DNA of 62,974 nt, the filler included, from Stramenopiles sp. TOSAG23-6 (taxonomy: Eukaryota), in assembly GCA_900128565.1 (NCBI GenBank). It is 9 parts of 9 records of this genome, joined end to end, with 100 filler letters (N's around TTAATTAATTAA, not from the genome) between each part and the next. Parts side by side here need not be neighbours in the genome. Positions count along the whole stretch, not along the records: positions 43,396 to 51,942 come from LT636444.1; positions 52,043 to 60,581 come from LT636445.1; 7 more parts are not named here. One strand, given 5' to 3'. Position 1 is the first letter of the stretch. The number at the start of each line of letters is the position of its first letter. The translations under genes and the position numbers were made by a program. The notes beneath the pieces are model-generated. The model was not told the origin of the DNA and did not search any database. It worked only from the letters and a program-made list of their open reading frames with translations. Positions 47,911-59,554 of this stretch are shown in pieces.

Positions 47911-48179
47911 AGTAGAACTTTGAAAACTTTCATTTTAGAGGTTATCAATTTATAATTGGGGTTTTTTTCGTACGAAATTTTGTGCCTAACCAAAAAACAA
48001 ATCCGTCTTCCCTAATAATTTAGAAAACTATATATGTACAGTTTTAAAGAAAAACTATCCCTTGCCACATATCATCATTTTATAATATAAATGCTATAAA
48101 TGTGAAAATAATATAAATAGTTCTAGAATATTACCTATAAGCATATTGAAAAGTCAACTGCTTTTCAATATCTTTCTTA

Positions 48180-48536
48180 TTATCCAAAGAAATCACCAAA
48201 GTGATTTGACTTTGGACGGTTTGCTTTGGTTTTAGCCAAACTTTCCATTTCATTTTTTGTAACTGGTTCAAGTATCATTTGATGCATTGGTACAACAGCA
48301 AGAAGCTCAAGTCTATTACATTCTCTACATATATTCGAAGTCATAGGGGTACCGCAAATATCGCAAACTCCACCGGTATCAGTAAAAGAAAGTGGGATGG
48401 CTTTTTTATCTACAGTGTGTTGCAGAATTGCCTGAGACGCAATAGAAAAACCTCTTCTTGAACAAGAATAATCACATTTTCTTGAGCTGCAACTAATAGG
48501 TCGAGTAAATGTTTGTTGAATCTTTGTGCGAAACAT
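48180..48536 (-). CDS. Small hypothetical protein with CxxC...CxxC
   Basis: ATG ORF; CDICGTP..CREC. Confidence 0.45.
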   Translation of the reverse strand: MFRTKIQQTFTRPISCSSRKCDYSCSRRGFSIASQAILQHTVDKKAIPLSFTDTGGVCDICGTPMTSNICRECNRLELLAVVPMHQMILEPVTKNEMESLAKTKANRPKSNHFGDFFG

Positions 48537-48719
48537 TTTAAATAATGAGAAAACTTTATCCCAGAGAATCTCAGGTACTAAGTCTTGAAGAAATCACTAA
48601 AATGAAGCGTTAAGAACTGAATATATTTTTTTCTGTTAAACGTGGAGGAACTTCTACGTAACTGCCTCACAAAAATACGTCTTTCCGTGGACTTCGCCGT
48701 CATCTCCGTAATTTTGCAG

Positions 48720-49603
48720 ATGGCAAATTGGAGGCAATTCTCCCCAGGGGGGTTCAAAGCCACGACTTCCCTTCCCGCGTCCTTTTTATCAGATGCTAAG
48801 CCAGTTCGTCGCAATATACCGAGAAAAATAAGTGGTCCACCAACTAGTCAAGGAAATTCACCCAAAATCAAACAAAAGAAACATCACTCACGGTTAAATA
48901 TTGGCAGTGCTGATTCAGCTTTGAGAGAATCATGTCATGATTCATTACCACCCCGTAATACTGTTTCAAAGCCATACACTTCTTCCCCTAGGCCTAGAAG
49001 GAAAACACCAGTCATACCTCCTCGCAACGCACCCCCTTTGCAACTATATAGTTTTCTTACTCGCACAGAAAAACTCGCAACTGATGAAGTCGAGCCCCCA
49101 AAGACAGGTATAGATGCAGATTTTATATGGCCACCCCCAAAACATATTAATATAGTTCCTCCAAAACAAGAACCATTAATGGAGGCCCCACAAAATCTCC
49201 TTGCCTCAATCTTAAAAAAAGAAACTTTTCGCGTTGTTCAACCTGAAAAACTCATCAATGAAGTTGTCTATGACTCAACTGATGTTTCTCCGTCAAACAG
49301 TCAAAAACGACATAAATTTAATAGTAGCTTTAATAGAACTCCGGGGAAGGCAAAACAAAATAGTGTTTCCCCATGGTATACCCCAAAAGGATCAGATGAT
49401 TCTGTGCTCGTCTTCGAGTCTCGCTTTGAAAGTGGAAATCTCCGACGTGCCATCCAAGTGTATGAAAATGAGTACGATCTTATATTAAAACCAGATTTTA
49501 ATACAAGAGGACATACACAATGGTATTATTTTTCTGTATCCAATACACGGCATGGAAGAGCATACAAATTTAATATCATTAATTTAGTTAAAAATGATTC
49601 ATT
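48720..49603 (+). CDS. Cytosolic carboxypeptidase (CCP/AGBL, M14D) N-terminal part
   Basis: LVFESRFESGNLRRA..EYDLILKPDFNTRGHTQWYYFSV..YKFNIINLVKNDSL. Confidence 0.88.
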
Positions 49604-49695
49604 GTATGTTTTATTTTTTTTCAAATTAGATTTTTTTTTCGTACGAAATTTTGTACCTAACGATTTTTTTTGTGAAATATTTTTTCACAATACTT
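49604..49695 (+). mobile_element. Family intron (TT|GTATGT...AATACTT|), possibly a chimeric join of two copies
   Basis: Family motifs present, but the downstream exon is not CCP-like. Confidence 0.7.
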
Positions 49696-50062
49696 GAATC
49701 TTTAAAGTTAAAATTGGGATCCAAAGATGCATCAAAATCGTTTACAAATTATGAATTGGAAGAAGAAAAACAAGAAGAGTTGAGTCGTTTGAAGAATAAA
49801 TTAGAAAAGCTATGGAAAGAAGTTGGTACAAGTCCTGATGTACGTTGTCCAGTTTCATTTCAATTTGTTTTTTCGTACGAAAGTTTGTACCTAACGATTT
49901 TTTTTTTTTTTTTTTTTCACAGTACATGAAATTGCAAATTTTTATGCTGGAATAGATTCAAAGATGCCATATAATGAGACTTTATTTGGAATTTACAAAG
50001 AAACTATGCAATCTTTATATGATATTGGAGGATTGGATCCTGAAACGACCAATAATTTTTAG
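49696..50062 (+). CDS. Last two exons of a helical protein; family intron 49840-49927 (AT|GTACGT...AGTACAT|)
   Basis: ESLKL...GTSPD|EIANF...NNF*. Confidence 0.6.
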
Positions 50063-50466
50063 GAGATTTAAAAAAATTGAAAAACAATAAAATTTACAAG
50101 TACAAAAAAATTTCTAAGTGTATATTTGTTTTTGTAGGTAATTTTGTACCTAACCAGCGTACTTATACCATAATTTTTTTTGATTCGTTTTTTTTAGTGG
50201 AGCTTATTGCCAATTCCTTGATATGTAACCATTGTAATGCTTATTACACATGTACGCACTGTAAACAAACACCATGTATTTATTTCATTTTTGGTCATCT
50301 TAATCTAAACCCAATATTTATAAAATTATTGATACGAAATACAAAATTCTACAAATCCAAAAATTAATAACTTTTCTATTTGATATGAAAAATACAAAAT
50401 TTTAACTTGAGAAGAAGAAGAAGAAGAAGAAAGAATCATTGTTTTGTAAAATTTAATATATTTGAA

Positions 50467-50829
50467 TTAAAATGTATCCTGTTGAGGTCTATCGGGTAGT
50501 CCCGTAAAAGGATTATTATTTGCAGATGTGTCCTCAGCAAATGGATACACGACATTACTAGAAATGTCTTCTTTATTAACTAATATAGGCTTCTTTTCAA
50601 TCTCAGACTCTGCAACTGTACCATGAACTATGTGTTCTCCATACGCATTCTTCATAAATGTATTATTAGCATGCATATACTCATTATTATTGTCTAAGTA
50701 AGGGTCCCCATCGTGACCAGGCAAAGGGTCATCACTGTCATCTGAAGCACAAGCACATTTACGAACATCAAAGTCACTTAGAGACATATTCGAAATACCT
50801 TCCTTTAAAGCACTTAATCGCTGACCCAT
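50467..50829 (-). CDS. Hypothetical protein, 120 aa (MG start, possible N-myristoylation)
   Basis: ATG ORF MGQRLS... Confidence 0.6.
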   Translation of the reverse strand: MGQRLSALKEGISNMSLSDFDVRKCACASDDSDDPLPGHDGDPYLDNNNEYMHANNTFMKNAYGEHIVHGTVAESEIEKKPILVNKEDISSNVVYPFAEDTSANNNPFTGLPDRPQQDTF

Positions 50830-51127
50830 TACACAAATATAAATACTAGTTTTGAAGAAACAATTGTCAAAATAATGCTACCGAGTATGCACAACGGTTT
50901 TTCAATTTATTTTTGTTGGTTTTTTGTTGTTGGTTCCAAAATAGTGTGGCCAAGAAATTGCAAGAAATTCACGAAATCTCAAAAAAAAAAAAAAACTTTT
51001 TCATCATCAAAATATTCAACATTGAAAAAATGTACCCCAAAATAAAATTTTATAAGTTATAGTCATCAAAATACTACATAGGAAAACCTCTTATTGATAA
51101 TGGGACAATTCATCATGAGAGATAGAC

Positions 51128-51855
51128 TTATTCTATAGCCACATTTTCTTCTCTATTATCACTAGAAGATACAATTGTTGTTGTAGATCGTAAATTTTTG
51201 TGTGAGAATGGAAATTCAGACAAAATTTTAAAGTTTGTATTCATACAAATATCTTTTGCCTTTGATCTTCGAGTTGTACATTGTTCAGCTTCAAATACAA
51301 TCCAAGAAGTTTTGCCTAATTTCACAAATTCATCTGGAGTTGGAGGATGATTTTCATTAGAAGAGTGTAGGCCTGTTTTTGACCCTAACCCTGGTATACC
51401 TGCAGCCATTGCAGGATCACTAGTTGTTACTTTTCCATTTTCTACATGTCCCATATATCTTCTAACAAATTGGTTATGTATTGCAGATATTGAGAAATCG
51501 TACCAATTATTACTACTTGTAATACTAATATAGTGTATTGAAGCAATATTATTAGAGACAGTTACGTTCCAAGGTCCACCAGTATTGTCAAAAAATATTC
51601 AAAAAAAATCGTTAAGTACAAAATTTCGTATGAAAAAAATAAATTTGAAATTAATGATGAAAACGAACCAGTATTGTATGCATTATCAACAATTTGAACA
51701 ACGACATTTTTATCTTCTTTTTTTATATTTTCTGCATCCCAATTTCCTTTTATGGAAATTTTCATTGCATCCATTTCAATATCATATTCTGTTCCAATTT
51801 GCAATTTTTGAGTGTATTTGTTACCTTTATAGAACCTAACAAATCCATTTGGTCC
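51128..51855 (-). CDS. Bacterial-type phosphocholine phospholipase C, C-terminal DUF756 region; intron 51580-51668, truncated intron 51856-51942
   Basis: (H)GPNGFVR, DNAY, NWYDFSI...FVRRYMGHVENG...SDPAM. Confidence 0.8.
51580..51668 (-). mobile_element. Family intron ending in TG, 89 nt (TG|GTTCGT...AATACTG|)
   Basis: Removal joins YNTG|GPWNV in frame with ORF 51128-51454. Confidence 0.85.
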
Positions 51856-52322
51856 ATGTATTGTGAAAAAATATTTTAAATTCAAAATTTGTTAGGTACG
51901 AAATTTGGTACAAAAAAAAATCCGAAATTGAAATGAATGATANNNNNNNNNNNNNNNNNNNNNNNNNNNNNNNNNNNNNNNNNNNNTTAATTAATTAANN
52001 NNNNNNNNNNNNNNNNNNNNNNNNNNNNNNNNNNNNNNNNNNGGAAAATCGTCTCAAAGATGTTAAAATTCAACCTGAACCTGAACCTGAACCTGAAATT
52101 GTAATTGAACGTGAAGCTGAACCTGAAGCTGGAATTACAATTGAAGAACTCCAATCTGGATTTTAATCCTTTAGGACTGATAAAATTTTAAAAATTTTAG
52201 AAANTTNCAAAAATTTTCAAAATAATCATTTTAATGGTAATTGAATTTAATTTAAAAAACAAAACCAACTTTGATTTTTATAATTTTATAAATACTAGAT
52301 ACTACACAATACTACAATACTA

Positions 52323-55300
52323 CTACACATTCAATTCTACATTGTTATTAGAAAATTTTGAATAAATTTCAATTATATTTTGTTCAAGTTGAGTAACCCT
52401 TGAATTAAGTTCCTTGATCACATTGTTTTGATTCACCATTTTTTGTTTCTCAGTATCAAGATTGCTTTCCAGTTGTCTACCTTTGGCTTGTAGATCCAAA
52501 ACATTTTTATGCAATTGAAGAATATACAATGAGGATTCTTCTACTTTTTCTAAAAGTCTTTTTATCCATAAACCTAAGTTAAACCCTTCTGATTTCATAT
52601 CAGCGGCGCTTGTGACGTTGGGTAAATGTTTCTCTTTTTCTATAAATTTTTGAAATGCATCAAGTGGCATTAAAGGATAGTCTGGCTCAAAAACATAATC
52701 TGGCCAAGAGTACCCACCAGACGGCTGAAAAATTGATCCACCAATGTCAATATCCCCACCAACATTCAAATCTTTCATGATACCTACACCTCCTGCAACA
52801 GTGAAAGTACCTGTGAGAGAAGAAGAAGAAGCTGCATCTCCTTGTATATGTACTCCACCTCCGGTATATACAGACATAGCGACCCCGACACCACCACCAA
52901 CAATTAATGAACCCGAGTCCGTTGAAGTTGAAGGAAAACTAGTTGCAATTCCATCTTGCCAACCATCAACGGTTAGTCTCTGGTGAACTTTCACACTACC
53001 ACCAAGAAAACTTTCAGCATCAATATCAGTTTGTTGATTTATGTGAATCCGTTCACCAACATACAATTGCTTCCCGATTCCAGCACCGCCAGCAGCAACA
53101 AATGAACCTGTGAGTGTGCTATCGCTTTGTGTGGTACCAGATGTTGATACATCGCCACCTGCATTCAATCCCCCCACAATACCAACACCACCAGCAATAG
53201 TAACCGTTCCACTAGTATTGTCTGTTGAGGCTGTCGAACCTGCTATGTGCAATCCATCTCCAATATATACATCTCCTGCTGCACTGAAACCACCAGCTGT
53301 GCTCAACGATCCGCTACTAGTATTTGTAGCAACACTAGTGCTTCCAATATTTACATCCCCTCCAATTCCTACACCACCACCAATTGTGACTGTTCCTGTT
53401 GTAGCTGAAGTTGAAGCCGTTGTCCCTTGTACATGTAAACCTCCTCCAATAAATGCAGTTTTCCCAATACCTGCACCACCACCTACTACAAGAGAACCCG
53501 TGTGTGATGATGTACTGTCAGTAGTTGCATCAATACTAGTGATCCCACCAATGTTTACATTTTCACCAATACCAACACCACCAACAACCGTGAGTGCACC
53601 ATTGGTTGTTTGTGTAGATGTATTAACTGATTGGATATTTGCAGAGCCACCAACGAAAAGATTCATTGCTATACCAGCACCTCCAGACGTAGTCAGTGCA
53701 CCATGTAGACTTGAGTCGGCTTGTGTTGTACCACGACCATGAATTGATCGTCCAGAATAAATGTCATATGATACTCCAATACCACCAGTTACCGTTATAG
53801 TTCCTGTTTCAGCAGATTCAGAATGATGTCCACCTTTCACATTAATATGGTCACCAACATAAATACTTTTCTGTACTCCAAGACCACCACTGACATTCAA
53901 TGCACCTGATGTACTAGTTGTGGCATCTACCGAACCCGTTACTACCCCAATACCACCAACATAAAGGTCTGCAGCAACACCTACACCTCCCGCAACAGTC
54001 ACTGTACCTGAAGTAGCTGAAGTGGAATCAGATGTACCAACAACGCTTAACGTGGTGCCTACATTAACCGCCTTTGCAACACCAATACCGCCTGATAAAG
54101 TAAGAGCACCATTTAAACTGGAAGTTGAATCTGTAACACTTGCAATATCTAGATTACCACCAACAAACGCTTTTTTTGCAATGGCTGCGCCCCCAGATGT
54201 TGTGAATGAACCTCCTGTTGTAGCGTTTGATGCATCTGTATCATCAGTAATAGTTTGAGCTCCCGATACATTTAAATTCCCAGATACTCCGATTCCTCCA
54301 CCAAAAGTAGCAGCTCCTGATGTAGGTGATGTGGATTCAGTAGTCCCTTCTACATGAAGAGTTGCCCCAACATATAATTGTTTTGCAATACCTACACCAC
54401 CAGCAACTTTCAATGAACCACTAGTACTTGAAGAAGATAGTGACTCGCCACCAATCGTAGCACCTTTTTTAATTCCAATACCACCCGCAAGAGTAATAGC
54501 CCCAGTTAATGATGACGATGTCACTGTAGCTGCACCAACATGTAAATCCTGACTTATACCAACTCCACCACTTACAGTAAGTGAGCCTGTTGATCCACTT
54601 GAAGATGAAAGATTTTTACCAATGTGAACAACTCCCCCAATGTAAAGATCTTCGCCTATACCAACCCCACCCATCGTAGTTAGTGCTCCCGTTGTACTTG
54701 ACGTTGCACTGTAATCTCCTTCTACATGAAAAACTCCACCAACATATAAATTATCCGCAATGCCAACACCACCCAGTGTAGTGAAAGCTCCCGAACTAGC
54801 ATCTGTTGCTGCTTCGGTGGACCCTATAGATAGTATCTCTCCTACATAAAGACCTTTTGCTATTCCAATGCCCCCTGCTACAGTAATCGAACCACTAGAA
54901 GATGACGTAGAAACAGTCGTGGATGATATTATCGTCGATCCATCTGCTTTTACACGAAATACAGCGCCACCACTGTTCTCTGCCTGAATCAGATCAGGGC
55001 CTGATGACATGTTAGGAGCTTTAATGAGCAAAACGTCAACTGAGCTTGCTAGACTATTACCCTGTGATTCAATGGTAAATGTGTTAGAATTATTTACTGT
55101 TGTAGTAACAGTTGCAGCGTCGTTGAAAGTTGAAGTTCCAGCAACCGTAATTCCACCACCCTGCACATCCAAGCCGCCAGATGTAATTGTAGCACCTCCT
55201 GCAGAAACAGTCAGCCCGCCAGCTGAAACTGTAATACCTCCAGCTGCTACTGAAAGCCCACCTGTGTGAATTGTAGTTTCACCATCGCCACCAATATCAA

Positions 55301-57041
55301 ATACAGTAGTTGTAGTGCCAGCGATTGCACGAAATAGTTTAAATTCACATGGGTCATTATTGCATGAATTTGTTGTAGATGTAATGAAGACATTATCAGT
55401 AAAAGTTGCATCTGTTTCTTTATGAGCCAGCATGACATAGTCCTGGGTTAGTGTATGACTTCCATCTGTAGCCGCTACTAAACTCGACATTGTCAAATTT
55501 CCTGTGACGGACACAGCACCAGCAAAGGTAACCGCGGCCGAAAATTCAGCTGTCGAGCAAAACATCTTACCATCAGCTCGAACGCGCCATTTTTCAACTG
55601 AACTTGCAGAAATGTATAATGCATTCGCTGTACTGGAAGCATTTGTATCAAGGTTAATAATAACAGCATTTCCAGAAAAAGAAGTACCCGTCATATCAAC
55701 TTTAAATCCACTATTTACATTACCAGCGTTATATGTGCTTGTTACTGCAACACCTGCAGTTGAAGTTGAGACAGCAAGACCTTCTGTTGTTGTCACATAC
55801 TTAGTATTAATGGTATCAATAGATAACGCACCATCTCCTCTTACGGAAAAAACAGAGACATTGTTGGCTTGAGCGTCTAAAAACTTAAAATCCGTGCTTG
55901 CACTCTTCGTTGTTGAAAGTTGAAGAACATTGCTTGTAAAACCCGAATATTCGCTACCCAAGGTTAGTGCCGGGGTATTATCACCCCAAGCAATATTATC
56001 TGATGCAACATCGCATAAAGTACCCGTGTATCCTGAGAAGCATGTACACTGGCCACTTGTGAAATCACAAATTCCATTACCAGCACAATATTCGTATTCC
56101 ACAATGTTGGATACGGCAACATTTGTCGGATTAACTGCGACCGTACAAGTAGGAGTTGTACCGCCAGTAACATCATCAGTAAAACATTGAAAACTTTCCA
56201 CAGTGGGAATAGTTCCTTGAGAATATATATTATTCAAGGATGCTTGTTGTGTAAATACTAGACCTAATGTGTAAGTGACGCCTCCTTCAGCGTCTGCTGT
56301 ACCAACTGTACATGTTGACGTCGCAGCTACATTGCTTAACGCTGATATAATTGAACTCGCACAGGTACTGTCAGTAGCATTGGCACCATCTGCCGTAAAG
56401 GTTGCTTCAAAACCCTGATACAGTAATGAGAACGTTCCCGCCAGTGTTCCACCCGCTGCACCAGTTGTAATAGTCACTACGACGTTGGACTGTCCTGTAG
56501 TTTTTGGATTATCACCTTTTGGGCACGTTTTAAGGGAACAATCTGGGCCCGTATATCCGACATCACAAGCACAAATTCCCATAGTATTTTTCTCCCAGTT
56601 CGTGTACACTGGGCCAAGTCCAGAACCAAGTTGTGATTGAGGTCCGTAGTACTTCGCAGCTTGACTCGTCGTCTTGCACACTCCATGTTGACTACAATTG
56701 TTTGGACAACTTTTTTTTGCACAGTTATCGCCTTCCCAACCGTCAAAACAAATACACACACCCGTACGTCTATTGCATTTACCTGCATTACTACACTCTA
56801 CCAAGGAATGTGCAACCGTTGATCCGCTTGGTTTATCAAACCATGCCTCCCCAGAAGGACAGACCTGTTGTGAACAGTCATTGCTGTATCCATATCCTGG
56901 GTAGCAAGTACATGTCTGGCCGGAGCAAGTACCTTTCCCAGAGCAGTTATTTGGACATGCTGCGTGTATATATGATGCAATTAAAACAAGAAATGTGAAT
57001 AGTATGACTGATAGGTCATTAAAATTCCTTCTGCGCTGCAT
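52323..57041 (-). CDS. Second variant of the EGF/tail-fibre-like protein (5 aa shorter)
   Basis: Identical to 35022-39755 except the segment preceding WPDYVF. Confidence 0.88.
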   Translation of the reverse strand: MQRRRNFNDLSVILFTFLVLIASYIHAACPNNCSGKGTCSGQTCTCYPGYGYSNDCSQQVCPSGEAWFDKPSGSTVAHSLVECSNAGKCNRRTGVCICFDGWEGDNCAKKSCPNNCSQHGVCKTTSQAAKYYGPQSQLGSGLGPVYTNWEKNTMGICACDVGYTGPDCSLKTCPKGDNPKTTGQSNVVVTITTGAAGGTLAGTFSLLYQGFEATFTADGANATDSTCASSIISALSNVAATSTCTVGTADAEGGVTYTLGLVFTQQASLNNIYSQGTIPTVESFQCFTDDVTGGTTPTCTVAVNPTNVAVSNIVEYEYCAGNGICDFTSGQCTCFSGYTGTLCDVASDNIAWGDNTPALTLGSEYSGFTSNVLQLSTTKSASTDFKFLDAQANNVSVFSVRGDGALSIDTINTKYVTTTEGLAVSTSTAGVAVTSTYNAGNVNSGFKVDMTGTSFSGNAVIINLDTNASSTANALYISASSVEKWRVRADGKMFCSTAEFSAAVTFAGAVSVTGNLTMSSLVAATDGSHTLTQDYVMLAHKETDATFTDNVFITSTTNSCNNDPCEFKLFRAIAGTTTTVFDIGGDGETTIHTGGLSVAAGGITVSAGGLTVSAGGATITSGGLDVQGGGITVAGTSTFNDAATVTTTVNNSNTFTIESQGNSLASSVDVLLIKAPNMSSGPDLIQAENSGGAVFRVKADGSTIISSTTVSTSSSSGSITVAGGIGIAKGLYVGEILSIGSTEAATDASSGAFTTLGGVGIADNLYVGGVFHVEGDYSATSSTTGALTTMGGVGIGEDLYIGGVVHIGKNLSSSSGSTGSLTVSGGVGISQDLHVGAATVTSSSLTGAITLAGGIGIKKGATIGGESLSSSSTSGSLKVAGGVGIAKQLYVGATLHVEGTTESTSPTSGAATFGGGIGVSGNLNVSGAQTITDDTDASNATTGGSFTTSGGAAIAKKAFVGGNLDIASVTDSTSSLNGALTLSGGIGVAKAVNVGTTLSVVGTSDSTSATSGTVTVAGGVGVAADLYVGGIGVVTGSVDATTSTSGALNVSGGLGVQKSIYVGDHINVKGGHHSESAETGTITVTGGIGVSYDIYSGRSIHGRGTTQADSSLHGALTTSGGAGIAMNLFVGGSANIQSVNTSTQTTNGALTVVGGVGIGENVNIGGITSIDATTDSTSSHTGSLVVGGGAGIGKTAFIGGGLHVQGTTASTSATTGTVTIGGGVGIGGDVNIGSTSVATNTSSGSLSTAGGFSAAGDVYIGDGLHIAGSTASTDNTSGTVTIAGGVGIVGGLNAGGDVSTSGTTQSDSTLTGSFVAAGGAGIGKQLYVGERIHINQQTDIDAESFLGGSVKVHQRLTVDGWQDGIATSFPSTSTDSGSLIVGGGVGVAMSVYTGGGVHIQGDAASSSSLTGTFTVAGGVGIMKDLNVGGDIDIGGSIFQPSGGYSWPDYVFEPDYPLMPLDAFQKFIEKEKHLPNVTSAADMKSEGFNLGLWIKRLLEKVEESSLYILQLHKNVLDLQAKGRQLESNLDTEKQKMVNQNNVIKELNSRVTQLEQNIIEIYSKFSNNNVELNV

Positions 57042-57392
57042 TGTTCGGGAAACCACACAAATTTATCTTTCCAAATGAAAACTATAATTGTAGTTACGTT
57101 GTTACGTTGTGCCGTTAGGGTATCATAGTATCCGTACCATTAAAGTACGAAATTGAAAAGGGCAGTTACTTTATCGAGTACCCGGTACCTCTATTTAGAA
57201 ATTTTTCATTTATTTATTAGAATCAAAATAAACCAATAAAATGATATATCACACTTTGCTTTATATTGTTGTATCTATTATTTTTGTTTATTTTGTCAAA
57301 TCATACCATGCCATACGTAGGGTTAGGGTTTAAAATATTGAAGTTCCATACATAGGGTTAGGGTTTAAAATATTGAAGTTCCATACGTAGGG

Positions 57393-58742
57393 TTAGGGTT
57401 TAAAATATTGAAGTTCAGACGCAACCATACCACAAGATTTGATATCATTAATTAGTGAAGTGGGACCGGCAACAAGTGCAGCTAACTGGTCATCATTCGG
57501 TTTAAAGATGACCATTGAACTCACAATACATGCAGGAGTAGATTTAGGGAAATCAAAAAGAGGAATATGAAAATCTTGTGTTGTAGGGTTAGGGCTCCCA
57601 TTTGGAAGTTTTACAACTTTTGCAAACTTTGACCAATTAGTAATTGCACCATATGTACCTTTAGTGATATGTTCCCAGTTAGTTGGCATGGATGAAGAAC
57701 TATCACGTTTATATATTGGTCCTGTCACACTCTTTCGTATCAATGACGGTAATAGATAATCTTCTTTTCTATATGCTATTAAATCTTCATAGTTTCCAAT
57801 TTGGTCATCATCAAGATTTTCAATCTTCCCTCTAAAATTAATAGCCATAATAGCAACATCACATTGAAGGACGTTGCAAAATGTTGAAACAAGAATGTCA
57901 TTTGTTGAAATAAATGCTACATTACGGTTATCATTATTTTTTGATTTATGTTTTGATTTTTGTTCATCGAGCCAAGTTTTTGAAATGTAGAAACCAAAAG
58001 AATCTGTTGAAGGGAAGAACATATTTTTCAATACACCAAAAATGAAACGAAATAAAAACCCTGGTGGAGGTGACATGAACGACAATTCACCTCCCATAGC
58101 TTCTTTGATTTTAGAGGGTATTTTTTGATTTCTATCAGGAGAGAGAGCTTCAACTTTTGCTTCACTCGAAAGCATGTTGAATATTCTATAATAACCGTGT
58201 CCGTCTAACAATGAGTGATTTGCACTTACAATTAGAGCAAACTTATTCCGACCATTCGGGATAAGTGTTACTCTCCAAAGAGGTTTATTTGTACCTTCTG
58301 TTTCTTCACTTGTACCACACAGAAAGGGCGAAAGACTTTTAACCATCGAATGATAATTAGAAGACAAATCAACTGTTCGAACGGTGAACCAATATCCTTG
58401 TTCAATGAGTGGACCAGACGACGGTGGAATAAAGATAGTTAACTCACCGTTCTCGTCGCGATCAAGTATACCACATAACCAAGGATTTGCAATAAGTATT
58501 TCTTTTGTGCGAGCAGAGAAATACTTTGTCGCTTCTGAAAGAGAACCTGAAAAGTAAGTGATCGTGCTCGTCGCTGGAGCTTTGCAAATCATGGGGCCAA
58601 CCTCGTTAGGCAGAAGTTTAAGTCTTTTGTAACTCGAATACCGTTTTTTTCGTTGATGATAGCGGAACCAACTCCAACCTTGATGTGCCACAAAGAGACC
58701 AGCCACGACAGTTGCTGCTACGGCCATGTTAGAGTCCGTCAT
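57393..58742 (-). CDS. Duplicate of the HxxxD acyltransferase-fold gene
   Basis: Same sequence as 40107-41456. Confidence 0.75.
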   Translation of the reverse strand: MTDSNMAVAATVVAGLFVAHQGWSWFRYHQRKKRYSSYKRLKLLPNEVGPMICKAPATSTITYFSGSLSEATKYFSARTKEILIANPWLCGILDRDENGELTIFIPPSSGPLIEQGYWFTVRTVDLSSNYHSMVKSLSPFLCGTSEETEGTNKPLWRVTLIPNGRNKFALIVSANHSLLDGHGYYRIFNMLSSEAKVEALSPDRNQKIPSKIKEAMGGELSFMSPPPGFLFRFIFGVLKNMFFPSTDSFGFYISKTWLDEQKSKHKSKNNDNRNVAFISTNDILVSTFCNVLQCDVAIMAINFRGKIENLDDDQIGNYEDLIAYRKEDYLLPSLIRKSVTGPIYKRDSSSSMPTNWEHITKGTYGAITNWSKFAKVVKLPNGSPNPTTQDFHIPLFDFPKSTPACIVSSMVIFKPNDDQLAALVAGPTSLINDIKSCGMVASELQYFKP

Positions 58743-58931
58743 GATATTATATTGTACTTGTTTTTGTTTCCGAACAGAAAAATAGTTCATTGAAAAGAAA
58801 CTAGATTTGATTGGATGGAAGAATTAAATAAATAGCTAATCGTAATTTGATGGGCGGTTACGGTTTCCTATATTTACAGTATAGATTTTTTTTGAATAAT
58901 AGGCTATGAAAAAAGATACAGACAGTATACC

Positions 58932-59315
58932 ATGTACGGATCAGGGAAGTCGCTTTTCAATAATGCCATGAATGGTACATCACAAACAACTCCACATGAT
59001 ATCCATGGACACACTGATTTCACGAAACCCTATAAACATTATGATGAAAAAGGTCTTGAATATGCACATGGTCACTATGATCAGTACGGAAATTATGATT
59101 CGCATTATACACATTACNATNAAAANGGTCAANTTGATNCACANGGTCANTATGATGAATGGGGCGAATATGATTCATATTATACCAATCATTCTACAAC
59201 TAATCCTTCTACGACAACAAAGCCTTATCATTATAATTTTTCAAACGATGAACTTTCATATTTTGCAGCTATAGGTGGACAGTATAAAGACCAATACGCA
59301 AAAAAAAATTATTGA
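58932..59315 (+). CDS. Duplicate of the small Tyr/His/Gly-rich ORF
   Basis: Same as 41646-42029. Confidence 0.5.
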   Translation: MYGSGKSLFNNAMNGTSQTTPHDIHGHTDFTKPYKHYDEKGLEYAHGHYDQYGNYDSHYTHYXXXGQXDXXGXYDEWGEYDSYYTNHSTTNPSTTTKPYHYNFSNDELSYFAAIGGQYKDQYAKKNY

Positions 59316-59554
59316 GAAATAAAAAAATTCCTCATTTTAGATTGATAAAATTTATTAAAGTGCATTAGTTATTAGTATATTACGGAAAATTTCGTCCCAA
59401 GCGCAAGGAAATTTTCTTATTTAACGATATAGATTCAGTATAATGTCAGTTGTCCGTCGTTTTTAAAGTACCTGTATTTTGGATACCTTTTGGTTTATTT
59501 GGGGTACCTTCACATACATACGTAACGAATGTAATAAATCGCGCAGGATATTTT

